Origin: an uncultured Solirubrobacterales bacterium
GTDB lineage: Bacteria; Actinomycetota; Thermoleophilia; Solirubrobacterales; Solirubrobacteraceae
DNA: 64,000 nucleotides
NCBI GenBank assembly: GCA_963770405.1
Contig: CAVYPO010000003.1
Coordinates: forward strand, 153,120-217,119
Direction: 5' to 3'
Made by a program: the position numbers and the translations under genes. Positions 9,465-18,428 of the stretch are shown here, piece after piece (position 1 is the stretch's first letter; every line of letters begins with the position of its first letter). The notes beneath the pieces are model-generated. The model had not been told where the DNA came from, did no database searches, and saw only the letters and a program-made list of their open reading frames with translations.

Positions 9465-9696
9465 GACCGCAGCTTGACAGCTCCGGCGAGCGCGCTGCGC
9501 TGTCCGCCCGCATCGGTCGCCTCCACGCCGATCACGCGCCGCGACGCGCGACGGCGCACCAGCTCCGCGAGCACCAAGCGACCGAACGCCAACGCACGCT
9601 CGACGCCGATCTGAGCTGGCCCGGGGTTACAGGCGTCGGGCGGAAACGCTCGGCGATCGACCAGGCTCGCAGCAGGCCTGTCGAGTGGCAGGTTGG

Positions 9697-12600
9697 CTAA
9701 CCGCGATGGTGGCGCAGGGTGAGTGTGAGGGCTTCGCTGGCGCTTTGGCGGGGATGGGAGGCGTCTGTGACCTTGACGGTCAAGCGGTAGGTGTGGTCGT
9801 CTTGGTTGTGCGGGATACCGGTGATGGCGCCGGCGGGGGTGAGTCGCAGTCCGTCGGGGAGTCGGCCGGCGACTCGTTTCCATCGGTAGGGCGTGGTGCC
9901 TTCGGCCGCCTGGAGATTGTCGAGGTAGCGGCGGTCGACGGTCGCCTTGGGAAGCGTCGTGGTGATGATCGACAGCGGCGGGGTGGCGGCGACCGAGAAG
10001 ACGCCGTTGAGGCCGGTAGACGCGCCGGAGATGGTGTCGCTGGGCGTGGCGTCACCCGGGCCGTAGACGACGACGGCGTCCAGTCCCGGGTCGCCGATGA
10101 ACACGCTGAGGTCGGTGCCGCGGTCCACTCCGACGGGTTCCAGGAGACCGTCGGTGAGGGTCGCCGCCGGCGGGGTGTCGCCGTTGGCGCCCTGCGCGTA
10201 GATGGTGACGCTGGCGTTGCCGGCGTTGGCGACGGTGAGGTGGCCGGTGGGGTCGACCACGAGCGACTGGGGGTAGGAGAGGCCGGTGTCGGGGCCGGTG
10301 ATGGTGGCGATCGGGGTGGCGTCGCCGGTGGCGCCGGGGGCGTACTCGTTGATGCTGTTGGTGGCCTGTTCTGAAACGAACAGGTCGTCGTTGGCGTCGA
10401 AGGCGAGTCCCTCGGGGTCCTGCTGGCCGGTGATCGTCGCGATTGGGGTGGCGGCGCCGGTGGCGCCGGGGGCGTACTCGTCGATCGGGCCGTCAGTGCT
10501 GGCCACGAACAGGTCGTTTGCGCTGTTCAGTGCGAGCGCGCGGGGTGAGGCGATTCCGGTGATTGTCGTCAGCGGGGCGGCGTCGCCGTTGGCGCCGGGC
10601 GCGTACTCGGTGACCGTCCCAGCCGAGGAGTTGGCGACGTAGGTGCGTCCGGTGGCGTCGAGGATCACCGACTCGGGCGTGGCCAGGCCGGTGTTGGGCC
10701 CGCTGATGGTCAACGCGGGCGTGGCATCCCCGCTCGCGCTGAGCGGGTATTCGGTGATCGAGTTGGCGGCCGCGTTGGCGGCGTAGACGCCCGGCGCCAT
10801 GCTCACCGAGACCGTCAGCGTGCGCGTCGCCGTTGCGGCGGTGGGCAGCGCCGAGTCGGTCACCTTGATCGTCGCGGTGAACGTCCCCGTCGCGGTCGGC
10901 GCGCCGGTGATCTGTCCGGCCGGGGAGAGCGAGAGACCCGCCGGGAGCGCCCCGGCGGTCAGCGACCAGTGGTAGCCCGGGACGCCTCCGGACGCCGCCA
11001 GCGAGGCCGAGTAGGCGACGCCGAGAGGATCGGTGGGCAATGACGTGGTGGAGACCATCAACGGCGCCGGCGGCCCCGCCGCCACCCCAAGGGGAAAGTC
11101 CAGGCCGGTTGCGCCGCCCACGATGGATGCGGCCGGCGCGACGTCGCCCTGGGCGCCGAACGGGAACTCGTCGAGTCGGTTGGCCACCGCGTCGGCGACA
11201 TACAACTGCCCACCGGGGTCGACCGCAATCCCCGCGGGCGTCTGGAACCCGGTCGCCGCTCCGCTGATCACGGCGATCGGCGCAGCGTTGCCGTGGGCGC
11301 CGGGCGCGAACACCGACACCGAGCCGGTCTGGTCGGCGACGTAGAGATCGCCCAGCGGGTCAAACGCGATCCGTCCGGGCGACGCCACGCCGGTCGCGAG
11401 CGTGGTGATCGGGGCGGCGTTGCCGCTGGCTCCGGCGGCGTACTCGGTCACGGTGTCGTCGGCCTCGTTGGCGACCCACAGGTTGCCGGCGGCGTCAAAC
11501 GCGATTCCCCCCGGGAGGTCCAGCCCCGTCGCCGAGCCGCTGAGCGTGGTCAGCGGGGCGACGTTGCCACTCGCCCCCGGCGCGTATTCGGTGATCGTCG
11601 AGATGTAGGCGTTGGCCGCCCACACGTCGCCCCTGGCATCAAGCGTCAACGCGACGGGCTCCAGCAGGCCGGTCGACGTGCCCGCGATCGTCGCCGTCGG
11701 TGCGACGTTGCCGGCCGTGCCCGGCGCGTACTCGGTGATCGAATACGACCCGTCGTTGCCGACGAACACCTTCCCATTCGCCGCCACCGCGAGGCCGGCC
11801 GGACCGTTGAGCCCTGTGGCCGCGCCGGCGATCGCCGCGACCGGGGCCGCGTCCGCGGAGGCGCCTGGGGCGTACTCGTCGATCGACTCGCCGTCGGCGT
11901 TCGTGACATAGACCGTCGACTGCCCCGCGGGCGCCAGCACGGCCACACCCAGGGCGTGGGTTGTGGTGGCGGCGGAGGGCGGGGCCGAGTCGGTGACCCT
12001 GATCGTGACGGTCGAGCCTCCGAGCGTCGTCGGCGTGCCGGTGATCGCGCCGGCGGGCGATAGCGACAGCCCCGCCGGCAACGTGCCGGCGCTCACCGAG
12101 AAGTGATACGGCGGTACGCCACCGGTCGCCGTGAGCTGGGTGCTGTAGGCGACGTCCTGGCGCGCGCCCAGCAGCCGCGGGCTTGAGATGCTCAGCGGTG
12201 CGGCCGGCCCGACCGCGACCTCGTAGGGCCCATTCAGACCGGTAGCGCTGCCCGCGACCGACACGGCCGGAGCGACATTGCCGGTGGCGCCGAGCGGGAA
12301 CTGATCGACCGCGCCGGCGCCCGCATCGGTCACATACAGCTCATCAGCAGGGTCAACGGCGACGCCGGTTGGCTGGCGGAAACCGGTCGCGGATCCACCG
12401 ATTGACGCGATCGGAGCCACGTTGCCGTGGGCGCCGGGGGCGAACACCGATACCGAGCCACCCTGCTCAGCGACGTAGAGATCGCCGAAGGAGTCCAGCG
12501 CGAGGCCCAATTCAACCCCGAGCCCCGTCGCGGACCCGCCGAGCGTGGCGATCGGCGCCACGTCGCCATGCGCCCCGGGCGGGTACTCCGTCACCGTATG

Positions 12601-14610
12601 GTCGCCCCCGTTCGCCACCCACAGATCCCCGGCGCCATCAAACGCGATCCCCTGCGGCAGGTCCAGTCCCGTTGCCGAACCGGAGAGCGTGGTCAACGGC
12701 GCGACGTTGCCGCTCGCTCCCGGCGCGTACTCGGTGATCGTCGACAGATAACCGTTGGCCGCCCACAGATCACCAGCGGCGTCCAGCGTGATCCAGTCGG
12801 GCCCCAACAGGCCCGTGGCGGCACCGGCAATCGTCGCCGTCGGGGCGACATTTCCCTGCGCTCCGGGCGCGTACTCGGTGATCGACTGCGATCCGCTGTT
12901 GCCGACATACACCGTTCCCGACGCCGACACGGTCACGCCCGCCGGGCCATTCAGACCCGTCGAGGACCCGGAGATCGTCGCGACGGGAGCCGCGTTGGCC
13001 GAAGCGCCGGGAGCGTACTCGGTGAGCGACTCCGCGTCGAGATTGGCCACGTAGACCAGTGACTGTCCCTTCGCGGCCAAGACGGTCAACGTCAGCGCTC
13101 GCGCCGTCGTCCCCGCGGCAGGGAGAGCGGAATCGGTCACCTTGAACGTGAGGCTCGTGCTCGCCGCGGTCGTCGGCGTGCCGGTGATCGCTCCCGAGGA
13201 CGACAGCGACAAGCCCGCCGGCAACGCCCCCGAGCTGATCGAGAAGTGGTACGGCGGCACGCCGCCCGCCGCGGTCAACGTCGCCGAGTACGCGCTCGCG
13301 GCATGGGCGATCGGCAACGACGCCGTCGTGACCGCCACCGGTGCCGGTGGTGAGACGGCGACATCCGTAGGGAAGCCGAAGCCCAACGGCGTCCCGCCGC
13401 CAGTGATCGAGACCGCCGGAGCCACGTCACCGGCCGCGCCGAACTCAAACCCGAAGATCGCCTGGGCGTCCCCGTCTGCAACATACAGCCGGCCCGCCGG
13501 GTCGATCGCGGCCCCCAGCGGATCCCTGAGCGATGTCAGCGTGCCGCTGATCGATGACAGCGGCGTGACGCTGCCCGACGCGCCGGCCGCGAAGGTGAGG
13601 ATCGCCGGGCTCATGGCGTCGGCCACCGCATGCGGCTGCCCCAGCGAGTCGAACGCGAGCCCGGTGGCCGAGGCCAGCGCGCTGGAACTCACCGTGGCGA
13701 TCGGCGTGGCGTTGCCGTGCGCCCCGGCTGGAAACTCGACGATCCGCGCCGGCTGGGAGTTGGCCACCCACATGTCGCCGGCGGAGTCAAACGTCACCTT
13801 GAAGGGGTCGGTCAGCCCGGTCGCCGAGCCGGCCAGCGTGGCGATCGGAGCGGCATTGCCGGTCGCGCTCGGCGCGTACTCGGTCACCGTCCCCGCGGAC
13901 GTGTTGGCCACCCACACGTCCCCGGCGGCGTCGAGGGCGATCCCGGAGGGGTTGTCAAGGCCCGTCGCGGCGCCGGTGATGATCGCCGTCGGCGTGGCGT
14001 CACCGCTCGCACCGGGCGCGAACTCCTCCGCCGCGTAGTCCCCCCCGGCATCGTTGGTGACATACACCCGCCGAGCGGAGGACACCGCGATCGCGAACGG
14101 CTGGTTGAGGCCGGTCGCGGGTCCGCTGATGACCGCCAGCGGCGTCGCTGCCCCGGTCGCGCCCGGAGCGAACTCGACCACCGCATTGTTGTCGTCATCG
14201 ACCATGTAGAGCTCAGACTGGCCCTCGGGCGCCAGCGCCACCAGCGACAACCCTCGCGTCGCCGACGCCGCCGTCGGCGACGCCGAATCGGTCACCCTGA
14301 AGACCGGGCTCGACACCCCCACGCCCGTCGCGGTGCCGGTGATCACGCCGGCCGTCGACAGCGATAACCCGGCCGGCAACGACCCGGAGGCCACCGACCA
14401 GTGATAGGGCGCCACCCCCCCGGTCGCCGCAAGCGCTGTCGAATACGCCGAGCTCTGCCGTGCCGCCGGTAACGACGACGTGCTCACCACCAGCGACGCC
14501 GCCTGAGCGCTCGACACGCCCACCAGCAACAAGACCACGATCGGCGCCAGCATCGCGATCAAATGCGAACGCACCGGCCGCCGACAACGAACGAGCCGTG
14601 AACCAGGCAT
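9697..14610 (-). CDS. giant secreted repeat protein: signal peptide, then four [Ig-like (He_PIG-type) + six-bladed NHL-like propeller] units, then a terminal Ig-like domain
   Basis: Uninterrupted ORF (TTG 14661 or ATG 14610; 1654/1637 aa). Five copies of 'AYS..L.A.GG..PY.WS...G.LPAGLSLS..G.ITGTPT'. Twenty-four repeats of about 48 aa, 'TEYAPGA.GN.AP..T..G..TGL..P.GIA.D..G.LWVAN'. Confidence 0.85.
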   Translation of the reverse strand: MPGSRLVRCRRPVRSHLIAMLAPIVVLLLVGVSSAQAASLVVSTSSLPAARQSSAYSTALAATGGVAPYHWSVASGSLPAGLSLSTAGVITGTATGVGVSSPVFRVTDSASPTAASATRGLSLVALAPEGQSELYMVDDDNNAVVEFAPGATGAATPLAVISGPATGLNQPFAIAVSSARRVYVTNDAGGDYAAEEFAPGASGDATPTAIITGAATGLDNPSGIALDAAGDVWVANTSAGTVTEYAPSATGNAAPIATLAGSATGLTDPFKVTFDSAGDMWVANSQPARIVEFPAGAHGNATPIATVSSSALASATGLAFDSLGQPHAVADAMSPAILTFAAGASGSVTPLSSISGTLTSLRDPLGAAIDPAGRLYVADGDAQAIFGFEFGAAGDVAPAVSITGGGTPLGFGFPTDVAVSPPAPVAVTTASLPIAHAASAYSATLTAAGGVPPYHFSISSGALPAGLSLSSSGAITGTPTTAASTSLTFKVTDSALPAAGTTARALTLTVLAAKGQSLVYVANLDAESLTEYAPGASANAAPVATISGSSTGLNGPAGVTVSASGTVYVGNSGSQSITEYAPGAQGNVAPTATIAGAATGLLGPDWITLDAAGDLWAANGYLSTITEYAPGASGNVAPLTTLSGSATGLDLPQGIAFDGAGDLWVANGGDHTVTEYPPGAHGDVAPIATLGGSATGLGVELGLALDSFGDLYVAEQGGSVSVFAPGAHGNVAPIASIGGSATGFRQPTGVAVDPADELYVTDAGAGAVDQFPLGATGNVAPAVSVAGSATGLNGPYEVAVGPAAPLSISSPRLLGARQDVAYSTQLTATGGVPPYHFSVSAGTLPAGLSLSPAGAITGTPTTLGGSTVTIRVTDSAPPSAATTTHALGVAVLAPAGQSTVYVTNADGESIDEYAPGASADAAPVAAIAGAATGLNGPAGLAVAANGKVFVGNDGSYSITEYAPGTAGNVAPTATIAGTSTGLLEPVALTLDARGDVWAANAYISTITEYAPGASGNVAPLTTLSGSATGLDLPGGIAFDAAGNLWVANEADDTVTEYAAGASGNAAPITTLATGVASPGRIAFDPLGDLYVADQTGSVSVFAPGAHGNAAPIAVISGAATGFQTPAGIAVDPGGQLYVADAVANRLDEFPFGAQGDVAPAASIVGGATGLDFPLGVAAGPPAPLMVSTTSLPTDPLGVAYSASLAASGGVPGYHWSLTAGALPAGLSLSPAGQITGAPTATGTFTATIKVTDSALPTAATATRTLTVSVSMAPGVYAANAAANSITEYPLSASGDATPALTISGPNTGLATPESVILDATGRTYVANSSAGTVTEYAPGANGDAAPLTTITGIASPRALALNSANDLFVASTDGPIDEYAPGATGAATPIATITGQQDPEGLAFDANDDLFVSEQATNSINEYAPGATGDATPIATITGPDTGLSYPQSLVVDPTGHLTVANAGNASVTIYAQGANGDTPPAATLTDGLLEPVGVDRGTDLSVFIGDPGLDAVVVYGPGDATPSDTISGASTGLNGVFSVAATPPLSIITTTLPKATVDRRYLDNLQAAEGTTPYRWKRVAGRLPDGLRLTPAGAITGIPHNQDDHTYRLTVKVTDASHPRQSASEALTLTLRHHRG
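11053..13329 (-). repeat. internal tandem duplication, two 1143-nt (381-aa) Ig+propeller units of the giant gene
   Basis: The 30-aa string STITEYAPGASGNVAPLTTLSGSATGLDLP occurs at residues 640 and 1021. Off-frame ORF-track pairs 11402/12545 and 11612/12755 are each offset by exactly 1143 nt with near-identical translations. Confidence 0.8.
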
Positions 14611-14785
14611 CCGCAATCCCCAGGGCCCGAGAAAGGCCTGACCACCTGCCGCGGCCCGCAAGCCCTGTGGCCATCTTTGTGACCGCTAGCTCGTTCCGCG
14701 CCTCAAAGCGCTGCCCACCCGCTGGCACGACTGGACCGCACTTAGCAAAGCTACCAGCACCTCGGGGCGATACCGAGAAATCGCG

Positions 14786-14816
14786 AGAAAAAGTGGGCCA
14801 TCCGCTTGCTCGCCCA
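14786..14816 (-). terminator. weak terminator/attenuator-like hairpin (TGGGC..GCCCA) followed by CTTTTT
   Basis: 5-bp stem with a 13-nt loop at 14816-14794, then a T5 run (14792-14788) on the minus strand. Lies 72 nt after the ANTAR gene stop and about 175 nt before the giant gene ATG. The structure is weak. Confidence 0.25.
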
Positions 14817-14888
14817 GCTCTCTCCGGGCAGAGGTCATCGCGCGCCGCACGCCATTCGCGCCGAGGGTCCCATCGCTCGGGAGATTGT

Positions 14889-15533
14889 CTATTGGTCCGC
14901 CGCCGTCAGGCTCGGACTTGAGGGGAGGTTGGGGTTCTGGGGAGCGTCCGGTTGCCTTGGGAGTAGGCGGTGGCCATCGACGACGGCCGCGGCGAGATCG
15001 ATCAGCTTGCGGTTGTCGATCCGTGAGCGTTCGCGGAGCTTCTCGAACGCGGCGTCTGCGTCGACCGAGTGGCGTTCCATCAGGATGCCCTTGGCCCGCT
15101 CGATCAGCGCGCGACGCGCGAAGGCTCCCTGGAGATCTTGGTGTTCGGCGAATCGGCGCAGGACGATGTCGATCGAGCCCTGCCAGTCCTCGACGTCGTC
15201 GTCTGAGATGTGGGCAAACACGCCTCGCTTGGCGGCTTCTTTGAGGAACATTGGATCGGGGGCGTGGAGGAGAACGATCACGGGGCAGGCGGCCTCGCGG
15301 ACGAGCTTGTCGATCAGGCCGAGCGCATGATCTGAGCTCTCGCCGAGTCCGACGAGCGCGACGTCGGGCCGCTCGCGCGCGGTGACGGAACCGATGCGCT
15401 CGGCGTCGATCTCTCGCGCGATCACCTCGTGCCCGAGGGCGATGACGATCGAGGCGACCCGCGCGAGTCGGTCCTTGCGCTCGTTGGCGATCAAGACGCG
15501 GAGACGGTCGGTGCCGTCAGTGAGCGGCTCCAC
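14889..15533 (-). CDS. ANTAR-domain response regulator (REC + ANTAR, PdtaR/AmiR-like)
   Basis: 214-aa ORF. REC-like 'RVLIANERKD..DVALVGL'. ANTAR helices 'RALIERAKGILMERHSVDADAAFEKLRERSRIDNRKLIDLAAAVV'. Confidence 0.9.
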   Translation of the reverse strand: MEPLTDGTDRLRVLIANERKDRLARVASIVIALGHEVIAREIDAERIGSVTARERPDVALVGLGESSDHALGLIDKLVREAACPVIVLLHAPDPMFLKEAAKRGVFAHISDDDVEDWQGSIDIVLRRFAEHQDLQGAFARRALIERAKGILMERHSVDADAAFEKLRERSRIDNRKLIDLAAAVVDGHRLLPRQPDAPQNPNLPSSPSLTAADQ

Positions 15534-15888
15534 GAGCCGATTCTAAGAATCTCGCATGCCTCAACGCAATGGGTTCTCGCCGCTTGGTCCCTCGGACTAA
15601 CATGAGCGTCTGGTTCGCCCCAGCCCTCGGCGGCCACGCTGTTTCCGGCTCCAGCAATCGGCCGGCGGACATGAGACCTCGCGTGATCGGGGTACGCGAC
15701 TTGTCGGCAGCCCTTCGTGCACCGCCGCACATCAGCACCCGCCCACTTCGGCGCGGCTGCCGATCGGCGCGCCCTGCGGCCACGATGCCGCGATGCGCCA
15801 AGGCAGCCTCGGAGATCCACGCCGCTGCGCTGAGAGCACTCCGGGCCCAGATCGCCCCGACGCGGAGCACGGCCGGTGCAGGCTCGCG

Positions 15889-16599
15889 ATGAGCCCGCCG
15901 GTCGCGATCATCACGGGCGCTTCCCAGGGCATTGGCGCCGGGCTGGTCGCCGGATACCGCAGTGCGGGTTATGCCGTCGTTGGAGTGGCGCGGTCGTTCC
16001 CGTCAGCCGAGCAAGACGAGAGCGATTACGTCGCGGTCGCCGGCGACATCGCAGATGCGCAAACCGCACGGCGCGCGGTCGACGAGGCTCGCGACCGGTT
16101 CGGGCGGATCGACACGCTGATCAACAACGCCGGCATCTACATCGGCAAGCCGTTCACGGAGTACACGTTCGATGAGTACGAGGCGATCACGGCCGTGAAC
16201 CTCACCGGCTTCTTCCACATCACCCAGCTGGCGATCGCGGAGATGGTCGCCAGGGGCAGCGGGCACGTCGTGAACGTCTCCACGAGCCTGGTCGACAACG
16301 CGGACAGCACGAGGCCGTCTGCGCTACCCGCCCTCACCAAGGGAGGACTCGTCGCGGCCAGCCGTTCGCTTGCGATCGAATACGCCTCGCGCGGCGTCCG
16401 AGTCAACGCGGTCTCGCTCGGGGTCATCAAGACACCCGCCCACGACCCCGCGTCCTACGACGGGCTCGAGGCCCTCCACCCGCTGGGGCGCGTAGGCGAA
16501 GTCAGCGACGTCGTCGACGCGATCCTCTATCTCGAGCGAGCGACGTTCGTAACCGGCGAGACGCTGCACGTTGACGGCGGCCAGGCGGCCGGCCGGTAG
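15889..16599 (+). CDS. SDR family NAD(P)-dependent oxidoreductase
   Basis: 'AIITGASQGIG' cofactor motif, 'NNAG', and C-terminal 'SLAIEYASRGVRVNAV..GETLHVDGGQAAGR'. Start at ATG 15889 inside ORF 15793..16599. Confidence 0.9.
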   Translation: MSPPVAIITGASQGIGAGLVAGYRSAGYAVVGVARSFPSAEQDESDYVAVAGDIADAQTARRAVDEARDRFGRIDTLINNAGIYIGKPFTEYTFDEYEAITAVNLTGFFHITQLAIAEMVARGSGHVVNVSTSLVDNADSTRPSALPALTKGGLVAASRSLAIEYASRGVRVNAVSLGVIKTPAHDPASYDGLEALHPLGRVGEVSDVVDAILYLERATFVTGETLHVDGGQAAGR

Positions 16600-16636
16600 C
16601 ACCGATCAACCTCACCCGACCGGAAGGACTTGAACC

Positions 16637-17239
16637 ATGCGCTCGGACATCACCCCCGGCGGCACATTCCCCGACTACGAGCTGCCCGACCAAGATCGCG
16701 TCACTCGCACGCTCAGCGAGATCCAGGGCGAGGATCCGCTGATCCTGACACTTGCGCGCGGCAACTATTGCCCGAAAGAGCACCAACAGCACCTCGAACT
16801 CGCCGCCAACTACCCGAAGATCGCCGTGTCCTACACCAAGGTCGCCACGATATCGACCGACACCCACCACTCAAGCCAGGAGTTCCGCGCGTCGATCGGC
16901 GCCCAGTGGCCGTTCCTCGAGGATCCGGATCGGATCGTCCAGAAGGACCTCGACATCCAGGAGTACACCGACACCGAGCACGACCCGATGATCCCGCACA
17001 CGCTCGTGCTCAAGCCCGGGCTCGTGATCTACAGGATCTATAACGGCTACTGGTTCTGGGGACGACCGTCGTTCGTGGACCTCTGGCACGACCTGCGTGA
17101 CGTGTCGAGCGAGATCCGCCCCGACTGGGACCTGGCAACGCCCGGCCTGCGCGAACGATGGGATGCGGGCGACCTCTCGCCCTTCCACGGTTGGAACAAG
17201 CAGCTCGTCCGAACCGCAGAGCGACCGGACGCATACTGA
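16637..17239 (+). CDS. redoxin/AhpC-TSA-like thioredoxin-fold protein
   Basis: 200-aa ORF with 'LILTLARGNYCPKEHQQ' (peroxiredoxin-like Cys in thioredoxin-fold context). Confidence 0.8.
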   Translation: MRSDITPGGTFPDYELPDQDRVTRTLSEIQGEDPLILTLARGNYCPKEHQQHLELAANYPKIAVSYTKVATISTDTHHSSQEFRASIGAQWPFLEDPDRIVQKDLDIQEYTDTEHDPMIPHTLVLKPGLVIYRIYNGYWFWGRPSFVDLWHDLRDVSSEIRPDWDLATPGLRERWDAGDLSPFHGWNKQLVRTAERPDAY

Positions 17240-17291
17240 ATGGAGGCCCACATGGATGTTGAGTGCCGTCCTCGGCCGGCCGGAGACTGAC

Positions 17292-18284
17292 ATGACCGAT
17301 CGCAAGCGAACGCCGGTGTGCGAGTTGCTGGGGATCGAACTCCCGATCGTCGAGGCGCCGCTGTCTGCAGATCCTCGCCTGCCCGCCGCTGTCTCGAATG
17401 CAGGCGGCCTCGGCACTTTGGGGCTGGGGTGGGCCGATGATGCCGGAGCCGTGGTTCGGGAAACGGCGGCCCTTACCGATCGGCCGTTTGCCGGCAACTT
17501 CGTTCTCGCCTTCGATCAGCACCATCGAGTCGATCAGGCGCTTTCGGCGGGTCTGCGGGTCGTGTCGCTCTTCTGGGGCGATCCCCAGGACTACGTCGAG
17601 TTGGTGCATGACGCCGGGGGGCTTGTCATGCACACGGTCGGCAGCGTCGAGGAAGCGCGGCGCGCTGTCGGATGTGGAGTGGACATCGTTGTTGCGCAGG
17701 GTTGGGAGGCCGGGGGGCACGTCTGGAGTCGCGTGGCAACGCTTCCGCTGGTGCCGGCGGTCGTCGACGCGGTGGCGCCGGTGCCGGTCATTGCCGCTGG
17801 TGGGATTGGCGACGCTCGAGGAGTCGCGGCCGTGCTCGCCCTCGGCGCGCAGGCCGCCTTGCTCGGCACGCGGTTCCTGCTGGCCGATGAAATGCCGATT
17901 CACGCGGAGTATCGGCGCCGCCTTATCGCCGCGACCGAGACCGACGCCGAGTGGTACCCGAACCTCTACGAGGTGGGATGGCCGGACGCTTCGCACCGTG
18001 CCATCCACAACTCGACGGCCGAGCTGTGGGAGGCCGCCGGCCGACCGGCACCGGGCAGTCGACCCCGAGAGGGCGAGGTGATAGCGCACTTCGCTTCCGG
18101 CGAACCGATCGTTCGATACGAACCAGCGCCGCCGATGGTGGGAACGACCGGTGAGATCGAACCGCTATCGCTGTGGGCCGGGCAAAGCGTTGCGCTCGCC
18201 AAACAGTCACAGCCCGCGGGGGAAATCGTGACCGAACTTGTCGCGATGGTGCCGGCGACATCGACATCCGAGCCCGGAGGCTGA
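17292..18284 (+). CDS. nitronate monooxygenase (NMO, 2-nitropropane dioxygenase-like)
   Basis: 'LLGIELPIVEAPL', 'VVAQGWEAGGH', 'IAAGGIGDARGVAAVLALGAQAALLGTRFL' are hallmark NMO/FMN-barrel motifs. Confidence 0.88.
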   Translation: MTDRKRTPVCELLGIELPIVEAPLSADPRLPAAVSNAGGLGTLGLGWADDAGAVVRETAALTDRPFAGNFVLAFDQHHRVDQALSAGLRVVSLFWGDPQDYVELVHDAGGLVMHTVGSVEEARRAVGCGVDIVVAQGWEAGGHVWSRVATLPLVPAVVDAVAPVPVIAAGGIGDARGVAAVLALGAQAALLGTRFLLADEMPIHAEYRRRLIAATETDAEWYPNLYEVGWPDASHRAIHNSTAELWEAAGRPAPGSRPREGEVIAHFASGEPIVRYEPAPPMVGTTGEIEPLSLWAGQSVALAKQSQPAGEIVTELVAMVPATSTSEPGG

Positions 18285-18287
18285 CCA

Positions 18288-18428
18288 ATGAGTCATCAGA
18301 TCGATGAGGGCGTGTTCCGGGGGGTACTGCCGGAGGGCACCGAGTGGAAGCCGTTCCCGGCGTTCCCGCCGTCTGCGCGCCTCGCCGTCGTGGTGGGTGA
18401 CCCGAGTGAGCCGGAGCCTGACGGTTGA
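18288..18428 (+). pseudogene. 46-codon N-terminal remnant of a ChrR-like cupin (DUF4437-type)
   Basis: ATG 18288 (4 nt after the NMO stop) reads 'MSHQIDEGVFRGVLPEGTEWKPFPAFPPSARLAVVVGDPSEPEPDG*'. The '..W.PFP.FP..A.LAVL.GDPS.PG' pattern is the usual start of these cupins, which are normally well over 100 aa. Family recalled from memory, not searched. Confidence 0.4.

Noticed and set aside
14611-14888. Canonical ANTAR dual-hexaloop RNA target in the leader of the giant gene.
   Set aside because: I searched the minus-strand leader by eye for two short stems with A-x-x-G-x-x loops and found only imperfect candidates (e.g. TGCC-AGCGGGTG-GGCA). This cannot be asserted without a covariance-model search.
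15539-15551. Palindrome GATTCT-A-AGAATC 6 nt upstream of the ANTAR gene GTG start.
   Set aside because: It is only 6+6 bp and may occur by chance in the AT-richer gap. It overlaps where a ribosome-binding site would be expected. Noted, but not strong enough to call an operator.
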